From Thiobacillus sp. (GTDB lineage: Bacteria; Pseudomonadota; Gammaproteobacteria; Burkholderiales; Thiobacillaceae): a stretch of DNA of 64,000 nucleotides. Shown in pieces: positions 19,256 to 29,103 of the stretch. The stretch is taken from NCBI GenBank assembly GCA_036568265.1, contig DATCSW010000011.1, positions 293,349 to 357,348 on the forward strand, read 5' to 3'. Each line of letters starts with the position of its first letter. Position 1 is the stretch's first letter. Made by a program: the position numbers and the translations under genes. A model generated the notes under the pieces. That model searched no databases. It saw only the letters and a program-made list of their open reading frames with translations, and had not been told where the DNA came from.

Positions 19256-21051
19256 TAATGCAAAGCGTTATAAATGGTTTCCGCCAATTCTCGACTGATA
19301 CCGTTGGCTGTGGCAAGCGCGTCGACCCCGGCGTTGCGTACGCCTTGCAGTCCACCGAAGTGCTCAAGCAGCTGTTTCCGCCGTTTGGGGCCGATTCCAG
19401 GAATATCTTCCAGCGTGGATTGCACACGTGCTTTTCCACGTTTTGCGCGGTGACCGGTGATGGCGAAGCGGTGGGCTTCGTCACGCACTTGCTGGATCAG
19501 GTGGAAGCCGGGATGGTCCTTGGCCAGCTTCAGTTCGCGGCCGTCGGCAAAAATCAGCGTTTCCAGGCCGGGTTTGCGCGCCTCGCCTTTGGCAACACCG
19601 AGCAGCAGCACGTCGCCCAGGCCGAGTTCGGTCATGGCATCGACCGCCATCGATATCTGGCCCTTGCCGCCGTCGATCAATAGCAGATCGGGCAACACCC
19701 CATTTTCCTCGATGCTGCGGTGGAAACGCTTGATCAGCGCGGCGTGCATGGCGGCGTAATCGTCGCCCGGCGTGATGCCGCTGATGTTGTAGCGTCGGTA
19801 ATCGGATTTCTTCAGATCGTCACCTTCGTATACCACGCATGAGGCCACGGTTGCTTCGCCCATGGTGTGCGAAATGTCGAAGCATTCGATGCGTTTGAGT
19901 TGTGGCAGATTCAGCGTTTCACGCAGCGCGGTCAGCCGTTGGGACTGGTTGGCGCGCTCGGTGCTGTGGCGCTCGGCGGATAGCCGGGCGTTGGCTTGTG
20001 CCATGCCAATCCAGACTTTGCGTTCGCCGGTGACGCGGTGCAAGAGGTTGATTTTTTTGTGCGCGCGTTCGCTCAGCAGGGTTTCCAACGCGTCGGTCTC
20101 GATGGCTTCGCTCATAAGGATGCGCGCGGGGATCGGGTGATCGAGGTAATGTTGAGCGATAAAGGCTTCGAGTGCTTCGGTCGGGGTGGCGCCTTCGCTG
20201 TGTTGAGGGAAAAAACTACGGTCGCCGAGGTGGCGTCCGCCACGGATCATGGTCAGATTGACGGCGATGATGCCGCCCACTTCTGCCACGGCGACGACAT
20301 CGGCATCAGCTTCGCTGCCTGGGGTGTCAACGAATTGTTTTTCGCGCAGCACCGCCAGCATGTGCAGGCGGTCACGCAACAGCGCGGCGTACTCGAAATC
20401 GAGCGCTGCTGCAGCCTGGTTCATTTGTTGCGTCATGTGGTCGATCAGTTCGGTGGCTTCGCCTCTGAGTAATTGTGCGGATTCACTGACGTCGCGCGCA
20501 TAGGCTTCAGGCGTGATGTGACTGACGCAGGGCGCCGTGCAACGCTTGATCTGGTGTAGCAGGCAAGGCCGAGATCGGTTGGCGAACACGCTGTCCTCGC
20601 AGGTGCGCAGCTGGAATACTTTCTGCAGCAGTTGCATGCTTTCGCGCACGGCATAGGCGTTCGGGTAAGGGCCAAACGCCAGGTCTTTCTTTTTGGGCGT
20701 GCCACGAAAATACGCCAGACGTGGAAAACGGTGCCCGGTCAGCAGCAGATAGGGATAGGTCTTGTCGTCGCGAAACAGGATGTTGAAGCGCGGTTTCAAA
20801 CCCTTGATCAGATTGTTTTCCAGCAACAACGCTTCAGCTTCGGTTCGCGTCACCGTGGTGTCGATATGGTCGACGCTTTTCAGCATCAGGCGGATGCGCG
20901 GGCTCTGGTCGGTTTTCTGGAAATAGCTCGAGACGCGCTTTTTCAGGTCTTTGGCCTTGCCAACATATAACACTGCGCCGGCCACATCGATCATGCGATA
21001 GACGCCGGGCAAAGTAGGTAGCGAGGCGAGAAAGGCTTTGTCGATGCTCAA
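19255..21051 (-). CDS. uvrC: Excinuclease ABC subunit C
   Basis: GIY-YIG (GVY...LYVGKAK), RIECFDISH, DEAHRFAITGHR, HhH tail. Confidence 0.98.
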   Translation of the reverse strand: MSIDKAFLASLPTLPGVYRMIDVAGAVLYVGKAKDLKKRVSSYFQKTDQSPRIRLMLKSVDHIDTTVTRTEAEALLLENNLIKGLKPRFNILFRDDKTYPYLLLTGHRFPRLAYFRGTPKKKDLAFGPYPNAYAVRESMQLLQKVFQLRTCEDSVFANRSRPCLLHQIKRCTAPCVSHITPEAYARDVSESAQLLRGEATELIDHMTQQMNQAAAALDFEYAALLRDRLHMLAVLREKQFVDTPGSEADADVVAVAEVGGIIAVNLTMIRGGRHLGDRSFFPQHSEGATPTEALEAFIAQHYLDHPIPARILMSEAIETDALETLLSERAHKKINLLHRVTGERKVWIGMAQANARLSAERHSTERANQSQRLTALRETLNLPQLKRIECFDISHTMGEATVASCVVYEGDDLKKSDYRRYNISGITPGDDYAAMHAALIKRFHRSIEENGVLPDLLLIDGGKGQISMAVDAMTELGLGDVLLLGVAKGEARKPGLETLIFADGRELKLAKDHPGFHLIQQVRDEAHRFAITGHRAKRGKARVQSTLEDIPGIGPKRRKQLLEHFGGLQGVRNAGVDALATANGISRELAETIYNALH

Positions 21052-21054
21052 GGC

Positions 21055-21240
21055 TCAGTCTTCGTCGAGTAATTGGCCAGCTATAGCCCAGTTTTCCTCG
21101 GGCAGTTCCTCGAACGCAATATAGGTAAATGAGGCTGGCTTGTGGGCATGGCGTTCGAGCGTGGCGGTGACTTCCTGGGCAATCTTTTGCTTTTGGTCGC
21201 GGGTCAGGCTACCCGCAATTTTAATGGTGACTACAGGCAT
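21055..21240 (-). CDS. 4-oxalocrotonate tautomerase family protein
   Basis: 61 aa, N-terminal Pro after Met, ENWAIAG motif. Confidence 0.85.
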   Translation of the reverse strand: MPVVTIKIAGSLTRDQKQKIAQEVTATLERHAHKPASFTYIAFEELPEENWAIAGQLLDED

Positions 21241-21375
21241 GATCAGACCTCCGTACGGATCAGTTCAAACACTGCCGCAAACACCTCGGGAGTGAGGCGG
21301 CGTGTCTGAGTATTGTAGCGGGACTGCTACCCGTGTTTCAGACAAATCATCTGCTCCATCCATTACTTTGATCGT

Positions 21376-22722
21376 TTAAAGGGATGCAGCGGCTGAATTT
21401 AGGCGTGCCAGAATCTCGGTTATCCATTCATGGTGTTCGGGTTTCATCAGGCAGACGCGTAGACAGATAATGCTGTCTTGATCCCAGATGCTTACAGGAT
21501 GACAGGTTAGCAGCATGGCCTGCGGAATGGTGACAAGAGACATATGCAGGTCGTTTTTTCTGGCGGCAGCATGCAGCGCGCGTGCGCGTTGAGATGACAG
21601 GCTTGCAGAACTTGCCGGCATCGCCCAGACAACGATGTCGAGCTGTGGCGGAAAGAGTGGGGCGAAGCGGGTGTCCTTGATCAGGGCTTGATAAAAGATC
21701 AAAGCGGCATTGCGACCCGAAGCCAGATTTTGAGCGAATGTCCCATCTTGAACCAGTGGCAACAGTCGTTGGGTCGTCCAGAGTGCGACCGCTGATGCGC
21801 CGGGACGAGAGCACTCCAGGGAAATTTCCCCAAGGTGAGGGTCATCTGTATCGAAGTACGCATAAGGCGAGTTGTGTTGATAGTGATGCCTGACGGTCGA
21901 GTCGCGGAACAGCAGGCAGCCGCAGCCGTAGGGCTGAAGCCCGTGCTTGTGAGGGTCAATAGCAATCGAATCGGCCTGTGAAATGGCGTTGAGGGCGTTG
22001 CGGGTTACGGCATCAAGGTTGTTGGCAAGCGTGAAGTAGCCGCCATAGGCTGCATCAACATGGATGCGGAATGCGTAACGTGACTGTAAGTCGAGAATTT
22101 GATCCAGTGGATCAACCGCACCTGTTGCGGTTGTGCCGATCGTGACAACAACCGTGCCAATATCGCCATGCTGTAATACCTGCTCCAGTGCATTCACATC
22201 CATGCGGCCGGCCGGGTCTGTTGGAATGGCATGAAAAGGAACGCTCAGTACTCCCGATAAACGTTCGTGTGTGTAATGGGCTTGGCAGGAAGCGGCAATC
22301 CCTTTGTCAGGATGCTGTTCCCGGGCAATCCAGAGCGCTTCGAAATTTGCCAGGGTGCCTCCACTGCACAGATGACCCTGAAAAGAGGCCCAGCCAAACA
22401 TGTGCGCAATTTCACTGATCGCTTCCTGCTCCATGTCTGAACTTGCTCGCCCTCCGTCATAGCCGTGGTTGTTGGGGTTGAGCAGGAGCGTCAGGCTGTA
22501 CGCCAACCGGGCAATGGGGTGGGGCGGCTTTTGCATGTGCCCGATATAGAGCGGGTGATGGTAGGGATCGGAGTCTTGCAGCCGCAGCGCCGCAGCCATC
22601 AAGGGTTCGCGCAGCTGAACCAGATCGATTTGCTGAGTGTGCGGGGGGAGGTCTTTGTAGCGGTTTTCCAGTAAAGCCACAGCTTCATCCAGTAGCAAAT
22701 GGCTATCACGATCAAATGACAT
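21376..22722 (-). CDS. Group II PLP-dependent decarboxylase (possibly MfnA-like)
   Basis: SGGTLANFEAL, HVDAAYGG, DSIAIDPHK (PLP lysine). Confidence 0.85.
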   Translation of the reverse strand: MSFDRDSHLLLDEAVALLENRYKDLPPHTQQIDLVQLREPLMAAALRLQDSDPYHHPLYIGHMQKPPHPIARLAYSLTLLLNPNNHGYDGGRASSDMEQEAISEIAHMFGWASFQGHLCSGGTLANFEALWIAREQHPDKGIAASCQAHYTHERLSGVLSVPFHAIPTDPAGRMDVNALEQVLQHGDIGTVVVTIGTTATGAVDPLDQILDLQSRYAFRIHVDAAYGGYFTLANNLDAVTRNALNAISQADSIAIDPHKHGLQPYGCGCLLFRDSTVRHHYQHNSPYAYFDTDDPHLGEISLECSRPGASAVALWTTQRLLPLVQDGTFAQNLASGRNAALIFYQALIKDTRFAPLFPPQLDIVVWAMPASSASLSSQRARALHAAARKNDLHMSLVTIPQAMLLTCHPVSIWDQDSIICLRVCLMKPEHHEWITEILARLNSAAASL

Positions 22723-22978
22723 GATTCGTTTATATCCTTAAATTGCACATAGCGAGCGTTGGCTGTACCGGGATGATCCAGATGCTCATGATGGTTCAGG
22801 TGTCGCACGCGACAGGGGGAAGAGCGGGCGCGCCCGATGGGAGAGGGAAGCCAGGTAAATAAAAGATTGTTTTGGTCATTTTTATCTTCAGCTTTATCTT
22901 CAGCGGCTATCAGATCGCGATTTGGTCCAGTGAGTATGGTTTTTTCTTAATATATCGATCAGGGAGCGTCAAACTACA

Positions 22979-23560
22979 TCAAGCGGGTTGTTTTATCCAG
23001 GGCGCAGTGGTGGTGGCGGCTTGCATGTCCAGCACATGAATGGCCCCGCCAAATTGCTGGGCAAAAACAGGGAAGGCGCTGTCGACGTAACCAGACAGTG
23101 CCATAGCATCGGGGTCCAGGTTGGTATGGCATTCCTGCTTGATCAAAGTAAGATTGTCTGCAGCCATTTTGATCGCTATCCAGACTGCCAGACTATCAGA
23201 GGTTACGGTCCAGTTTTCGGGGATGTCAGGGGAATTCCGGCACATCCTGGCAGGTAGCCAGACCGGTGTAGCCCCCTCTGACAGGGCCTTCTCGATGCTT
23301 TTCAGGTTGTCGGCCGGAACCAAGCCGGGCTCCAGTGCACACAACATCAGACCGTATTGTTCCATGGCGAGCATTGCCATATGGTGAGCAGCGGCATCGC
23401 TGATGCCTGATGTCTGCTGAACAGTACGTACGGTGTCTGCGAAGGGTCCGCCGCCCGGCACCAGTAGAATGTCTTCATTCGCACGGGATAGTCCTTGAAG
23501 ACAATGTGCAAGTTCGGGCGCTCGAATCAAACTGCCGCCCAACTTTACAACCCTGAGCAT
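22979..23560 (-). CDS. Amino-acid-kinase family protein (MfnE-like)
   Basis: VVKLGGSL, VPGGGPFAD, WTVTSDSLA; start at ATG 23560 after AAGGAG. Confidence 0.8.
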   Translation of the reverse strand: MLRVVKLGGSLIRAPELAHCLQGLSRANEDILLVPGGGPFADTVRTVQQTSGISDAAAHHMAMLAMEQYGLMLCALEPGLVPADNLKSIEKALSEGATPVWLPARMCRNSPDIPENWTVTSDSLAVWIAIKMAADNLTLIKQECHTNLDPDAMALSGYVDSAFPVFAQQFGGAIHVLDMQAATTTAPWIKQPA

Positions 23561-24936
23561 TTCTCTCCTTCCAGGCCGCCACCGCATTCTTGCATCATTC
23601 TCAGCATGGCAGATGCCTTGTCGAGGCATTCCTGGTATTCCTCATTCGCGCGTGAGTCGGCTACGATTCCCCCGCCCGCCCAGAAGCGTATGGAGTTGTG
23701 GGAGCTGACCATGGTGCGGATGGCAATATTGGTGTCCATGTCGCCATTGAAGCCGATCCATCCAACCGCTCCGCAGTATAGTCCGCGACGGTTTGGTTCA
23801 AGTTCATCAATGATTTCCATCGCACGTATTTTTGGTGCGCCCGTAATTGAACCGCCGGGGAAGGCTGAACGGAGCAGTCCTACAGCATCAATATTGTTGT
23901 CTAGCCGGCCGGTGACGGTACTAACCAGGTGATGGACTGTAGCGAAGCTTTCGATGTCAAATAGTCTGGGTACGGTTACCGAACCCGGGACACACACTTT
24001 CCCAAGATCATTGCGCAGCAAGTCGACGATCATGAGGTTTTCCGCACGATCCTTGATGCTGCCGCGCAGTTCGCGAGCGAGTGCTGAATCGGCTTCTGGG
24101 TTTGGGGCGCGGGGCCGGGTGCCTTTGATAGGCTTGGTTTCCACGACCCCTTCTTTTACTTTCAGAAAGCATTCTGGCGAGGAAGAAAGGATGCGGGTAC
24201 CGGCCAGATTGAGATAGGCGGAGTAGTGCGCTGGATTGAGTCGGCGCAGTGTCTGGTATCCCAGCCAGTGATCGCCGTTGACTTTGGCTACGAAGCGCTG
24301 GGCAAGATTGACCTGATAGCAGTCGCCAGCCCGGATATAACGCTGAATTTCAGCGAACGCCTGGTGATAGCGTTCGGGCGTAAAGTTGCAGCTGACCGGA
24401 CCTACTCGAAAAGGGGTACGGGTAACGGCTCGCGGCGATGTGCTGAAGAGCGCGATCAATTCGTTCCAGATCGCGTTTGTTCGTATATCGCGTCCGGCGC
24501 TCACAAGCCAACTGGTGTGTTGTTTGTGATCGACGATGACCGCCCAGTCATAGATGCCGACCGCCATGTCGGGGATGGCTTCAGCATCGCGCGCGAGATC
24601 GGGAAGCTTTTCGACGCGACGGGCAAGGTCGTAACCGAAATAGCCGATGGCGCCTCCTACAAATGGAAGCTCAGTCGGTTGGCCATCTACAGCAAGGTAC
24701 TGGCGCAGTAAATCGAATGGATCAGCCGGGGAAAGCGTAGTTTGATCCCGCTCACGTACTTCTGTCATCCCTGCCCGGGTCACCAGGGTAATAAAGGGAC
24801 GCGCCGACAGGATGTCGAATCGACCCATGGAGGTGCGCGGCTGTCCGCTGTCTAAAAAAACTGACCAAGGTTCGTCGGCGATGGCTTCGAAACGCTTGGC
24901 ACTGTCCGGGAAATAGGGGAGTGAGGTTATCCGCAT
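23545..24936 (-). CDS. pabB: Aminodeoxychorismate synthase component I
   Basis: GDCYQVNLAQRF, SSSPE, KPIKGT, KDRAENLMIVDLLRNDLG, FPGGSITGAPK. Confidence 0.92.
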   Translation of the reverse strand: MRITSLPYFPDSAKRFEAIADEPWSVFLDSGQPRTSMGRFDILSARPFITLVTRAGMTEVRERDQTTLSPADPFDLLRQYLAVDGQPTELPFVGGAIGYFGYDLARRVEKLPDLARDAEAIPDMAVGIYDWAVIVDHKQHTSWLVSAGRDIRTNAIWNELIALFSTSPRAVTRTPFRVGPVSCNFTPERYHQAFAEIQRYIRAGDCYQVNLAQRFVAKVNGDHWLGYQTLRRLNPAHYSAYLNLAGTRILSSSPECFLKVKEGVVETKPIKGTRPRAPNPEADSALARELRGSIKDRAENLMIVDLLRNDLGKVCVPGSVTVPRLFDIESFATVHHLVSTVTGRLDNNIDAVGLLRSAFPGGSITGAPKIRAMEIIDELEPNRRGLYCGAVGWIGFNGDMDTNIAIRTMVSSHNSIRFWAGGGIVADSRANEEYQECLDKASAMLRMMQECGGGLEGEKCSGL

Positions 24937-26015
24937 AATGGGCTCACAGATACCTGGGTACTTGTAAATCGAGTGTGCATTGCAAGCAGTTGTCCAACAG
25001 CGACAGCTGGCGCGCACCAATCAATCATGTGCTGAGAATCTTGGGCATCAATAATATGCGAGAAAGGAATGAGAGGCCGCTCGAATCTGGCTGCGATCCG
25101 TGACCCAAGAAATCCTCCGATGCCGGCAATGATCAGAGGCGCTTTGCTTGTCAGGTTTCCACGTGATAATACTTGCCTCATTGCACGTCCGATCAGTGAC
25201 ACCTGGGCATCGGCAAACCACGCGGCCAATTCGTCCCAGGCATTGTCAGGTAATTCAGCAGCATCCCGCCCAACCATGCGTGCAAGTCGCATACGGCTGG
25301 CTATGGGGGTTTTGGCGCTGCCATCCGCGCTGCTATGCAGATCCGCTTCTTCCGGCAGCAGGCCAAGAATCCGGTACACGTCGGAGCTGGTCGCAAAAAG
25401 CTCTGACATCAGCGGAGTAAAGTGGCCTGCCACAGGTGCTTCGTTTGCCATGGCCATTACTGGCGTCCGTGCGACGCCAGTGTAAACAAGTTCGCCGGCC
25501 GATAAGCGGTCATGGTCATTGTTGCTGGTGGTGGCGATCTGGTTGTTCTGGATAGGGATCAGGTCAGTGGTCGTACTGCCAATATCAATCAGCAACGCAT
25601 CACTGATGCGGGTCGATATTAAATGAGCCGTGGCATGCCAGTTTGCCGACGCAATATATTGTGTTTGACGGCATGCTTGTTCAGCATGGAGCCAACCGAG
25701 CTTGCCCGCGTAAAAATGTACCCTGTCGTTGCCAAATCGCTGAACCAGCAGGGCTGTAAGCGCATGCACGCCAGCTTGTCGAGCTTCAAACAGATCGACC
25801 ATTTCTCCGGTCATGGTGATGGCATGCCGAAGCGGGCGGCCTCCTTCTTTCTTTATGTCCGCTTCAATCTGGTCAATGGCCAGGTTTAATTGATCCAGGC
25901 CACGCCATAGCGGGCAAGCTGCAAGCGAGACGCCCGAAATTCGACCATCGCGTTCAATACGAGCGGCCTTAAGATGTGCTCCGCCAATATCCCATCCGAT
26001 TATGGCTTCATTCAT
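24927..26015 (-). CDS. Hydantoinase-like H4MPT-linked C1 pathway protein (MfnF-like)
   Basis: GWDIGGAHLK, TMTGEMVDLF, ASANW, DIGSTTTD, ELVYTG.RT motifs. Confidence 0.85.
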   Translation of the reverse strand: MNEAIIGWDIGGAHLKAARIERDGRISGVSLAACPLWRGLDQLNLAIDQIEADIKKEGGRPLRHAITMTGEMVDLFEARQAGVHALTALLVQRFGNDRVHFYAGKLGWLHAEQACRQTQYIASANWHATAHLISTRISDALLIDIGSTTTDLIPIQNNQIATTSNNDHDRLSAGELVYTGVARTPVMAMANEAPVAGHFTPLMSELFATSSDVYRILGLLPEEADLHSSADGSAKTPIASRMRLARMVGRDAAELPDNAWDELAAWFADAQVSLIGRAMRQVLSRGNLTSKAPLIIAGIGGFLGSRIAARFERPLIPFSHIIDAQDSQHMIDWCAPAVAVGQLLAMHTRFTSTQVSVSPLCG

Positions 26016-27001
26016 GGCGTGTATCGGGGTACATGGGTATGACTGTCCAGACTGGACAGAGAAAAATCGCGAGCAGGCTCTATATCGGGAAGCAGTAAAA
26101 GCTTTTCGGCAGGGTTAAACCCCAGCACCGCACTCAAGCCAGCATGAGAAACTGTCGCACGTGGATTCACTTCGAGAACGACCGATCCGATTTCCGTGTC
26201 TATCAGATCGATCCCCACATAGCCCCAGAGACCTGGCATGGCAGAGCACACACGCATTGCCAGTGCCGCATAGCGGTGGTCCTGATCGGAGATGGCATTG
26301 ACCGTGACGCCACTGAAGTGTAGTAGACCGTGCTCCATCCGGATGTGCTGCCTGTTAATGGAGAGCAACTCGCAGCCCCGTTGGTGGCACAACAGGGAAA
26401 GGGATAGCGGTTCACCTGTCACGTATGGCTGAAACACAAACCCTTTTCCACCATGCTTCACGCCCCATTCCGCTGCCGCGGTCTGCGTTTGGAAATAGTG
26501 TGTTTCCTGACAACCCGCACCGTCATCGGGCTTGGCGACCACCGGGCCAGTTGTCGCCATGCGTGAAGGTGAGATGAAAGTAGGAATGACCGGGACTGCT
26601 GCCTGGGTTAGTTGTTGCGCAGTTGCAAGCTTGCTGGCTGCAATACTGACAGCCTGAGGTTGGCAACCCAGGAGGCGCTTGCCAGCATTCAGGACCCCAC
26701 GGTTCAGTAATTCGAGTATTTCATTTTCTTCGGGCGCTACCGGCCAAACGGCATCGGACAAGGCGAGGCAGCGCTGGTAATCGTTTTCATAGCTACGAGC
26801 ATTTGTCGTGACGATATGAACCCCTTTGATATTGAGCCGTGGCAGCCGGTCGTCACGCATGGTCGTCACATCGACGCCTTGAATGGCACTTACATCTTTG
26901 ACCAGTGCTTGCCAAATGGTTTCGCCATCAGGTAAAAACGCGGGAAGCTCCTGGCCTGCAAAGCCCCCACCTGTCACATACTCGAAGACAAAAACATTCA
27001 T
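26012..27001 (-). CDS. ATP-grasp protein (MfnD-like)
   Basis: MNVFVFEYVTGGG, AKPDDGAGC, GYVGID, LEVNPRAT. Confidence 0.85.
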   Translation of the reverse strand: MNVFVFEYVTGGGFAGQELPAFLPDGETIWQALVKDVSAIQGVDVTTMRDDRLPRLNIKGVHIVTTNARSYENDYQRCLALSDAVWPVAPEENEILELLNRGVLNAGKRLLGCQPQAVSIAASKLATAQQLTQAAVPVIPTFISPSRMATTGPVVAKPDDGAGCQETHYFQTQTAAAEWGVKHGGKGFVFQPYVTGEPLSLSLLCHQRGCELLSINRQHIRMEHGLLHFSGVTVNAISDQDHRYAALAMRVCSAMPGLWGYVGIDLIDTEIGSVVLEVNPRATVSHAGLSAVLGFNPAEKLLLLPDIEPARDFSLSSLDSHTHVPRYTP

Positions 27002-27737
27002 GACTGAATCCTTAAGCCTTATTCCCGTGATTGATTTGATGGGTAAGCAGGTGGTGCATGCCTTTGCCGGCAAACGCGATACATACCGTCCGCTTGAATC
27101 GAATCTGTGCGGATCGAGTCAGCCTGAAGCGGTCGTGGAAGGCCTGCTTGCACTGTACCCTTTCCGGCACATGTATGTTGCTGATCTGGATGCCATTTTT
27201 GGACGGGGCAATCACAGTGACGTGATGGTGATGTTGCGTCGAACTTTTCCGCAGTTGGAATTCTGGGTAGATGGCGGGTTTTCTGATGGTGTTGCTGTCA
27301 AGGCCTGGCAGGCAGCTGACCTGGGACGACCCGTATGGGGTAGTGAGTCCATGGAGGTCATGCCTGAGTGCAGCGCTTTGCGAACGGAAGGTATTCTTTC
27401 GCTGGATTTTATGGGCAACAACTTTCTGGGGCCGGCTGCTTTGATGCAGCAAGCCGAATGCTGGCCGCTGGAGGTTATTGCCATGACACTTACTCGTATC
27501 GGCGTGAAAGCCGGGCCCGACTTGGAACGTCTGGAGCAATTGAGGAATATGAATCCTGCCTGCCGGCTGTTTGCTGCAGGCGGCGTACGCAATGCTGACG
27601 ATTTGTCCGCACTGGTCAGGATTGGAGTGAGCGGTGTGCCTGCGTCCAGATGGCGGGTATTCACACGCAATTCGCATGAAAGGAATTCGGCTGCTGCATG
27701 GGCTTCGTTGTTTGAGACGAAGGGTAGAAATAAATAA
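27000..27737 (+). pseudogene. HisA/HisF-like protein of the MFR/H4MPT cluster, inverted and 3'-truncated at about 27637
   Basis: IPVIDL...VVHA, YVADLDAI, AGGVRN. Homology-like sequence stops after GVSGV, and the remainder is the antisense of the neighbouring gene. Confidence 0.7.
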
Positions 27738-28246
27738 CCTGCATGCCACTCAGCGGCATGGGCCAGATATGTTGCGTATTTCAGATGTTGCTCCGGCGGA
27801 GGCATCCTGGCAGGAAGCCAGGAGCCGACCAGATTACGTTTTTGAGTGACCAAACGGTTTTTCGCCACGACCCGGTGTGTTCCAGGCGCGTAGTGAAATT
27901 CCTGCCGAAACCGGAAACCGTAGGGTGCGAGTTGAGCCAGATCACAGCACAGCAGATCCAACCAGGCAATTTCCCCCTCCACCAGGCACGTCGTACCAGA
28001 CTCATGCACCTTTCCGGCCAGACGTAGACCGGCAAGAACGGCGCGTGCCGTCTCATCCGGCACAGCGACCGGCATGATGGGGAGATCGTTCTGAACTCGC
28101 TCAGTCTCGATCATGTCAGGGGTCACCAGCAGGTCAAGCGGCAAGGCGTGACGCAAGGCATACTCCTGTAATGTCAGGCCGCAACAGGCAAGCAAATGCT
28201 CATTGTCAAGCCCGCTTACGACGGATCCACATTCCTTGCAATTCAT
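27640..28246 (-). pseudogene. Cys-rich hypothetical protein, apparently 3'-truncated by the junction at about 27637
   Basis: MNCKECG...DNEHLLACC; RBS CAGGAG follows fae; beyond LDAG the frame is the antisense of the HisA-like gene. Confidence 0.6.
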
Positions 28247-28259
28247 GCCTTACTCCTGA

Positions 28260-28598
28260 TCAGTTATGTGCTGCGTAAGGATGGCCTGCGGTGGCTTTTT
28301 TGGACACAACTTCTGCAGCGGTAGGCGTGCCAGCGATAGCGCGCTTGATGGATTCCTTGGTCGCGGTGTAGTTGTAGTCCTGAATCTTGGTGTCATCCTC
28401 AGCCTCCCAGTGGATGAATACACCAACGCAAATAAAGAGATCGTCTGCTTCGTCAGCGGGGATCGTGCCATCTTCCACGCAATCCGCAACAGCCATAGCC
28501 ACGCCGCGCTGTGCGGGCCCAAACATTTGTACGGCCTGTTTGGCACCCTTGATGGTCACTTTGTTGAACATCATGGTGTTGGGCTTGCAAGGGAGGTT
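28260..28598 (-). pseudogene. fae: Formaldehyde-activating enzyme, 5'-truncated
   Basis: [30 protein letters not shown]...VFIHWEA; the N-terminal part is absent and replaced by the antisense of the mfnB fragment. Confidence 0.88.
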
Positions 28599-28925
28599 GT
28601 CATGCTGGACACCATGGATAAATCCGCGGGCGGATTACTCAAGCACCAGCCTATCGAGCACCTTGCAGAATTCATCATTCAAGCCAGACGCGTCAATCTG
28701 ATCACCGGTCTCGCGGGCTCCTTACGTGCGGAAGACATCCCTGTTCTCGCCACACTGAGTCCAGATTATCTGGGTTTTCGTGGAGCGCTATGCCATAACC
28801 ATACCCGAGCCGATACATTGGACCTGGACGCTATTTCTGTTATCGCGCAAACCATGGCAGGGTGTATGGGTCACTCGAAGCATCAACCAGATCACCATTT
28901 TGTCAGTGATCAGAGTCGTCGCTGA
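28599..28925 (+). pseudogene. mfnB: (5-formylfuran-3-yl)methyl phosphate synthase (MfnB/DUF556), C-terminal fragment
   Basis: [25 protein letters not shown]; begins abruptly at the fae junction. Confidence 0.8.
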
Positions 28926-29103
28926 TTCAAGCTTGAATCGTCCGTTTCCTTCGATGCCGCTGACACGTTACTGGACCGTTGGTCTGCAGGTATGCGCTCC
29001 AACTTACTGCGCTACGTTGGATAGTCGACATCAAATGTTTAGCTGGCATTGACCTGGGTCAGCGTGGGCGGGGCAGAGTCTCAATGCTTCGTCAATCAAC
29101 TTG

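Noticed and set aside
22599-22904. His-rich 69-aa ORF and a 12-bp tandem repeat (TTTATCTTCAGC x2) upstream of the decarboxylase
   Set aside because: The ORF overlaps the decarboxylase out of frame and has no RBS; the repeat has only two copies and no supporting context.
27212-28246. 344-aa ORF as a single intact gene
   Set aside because: Its last 140 or so residues are the antisense of the HisA-like gene, created by the junction at about 27637.
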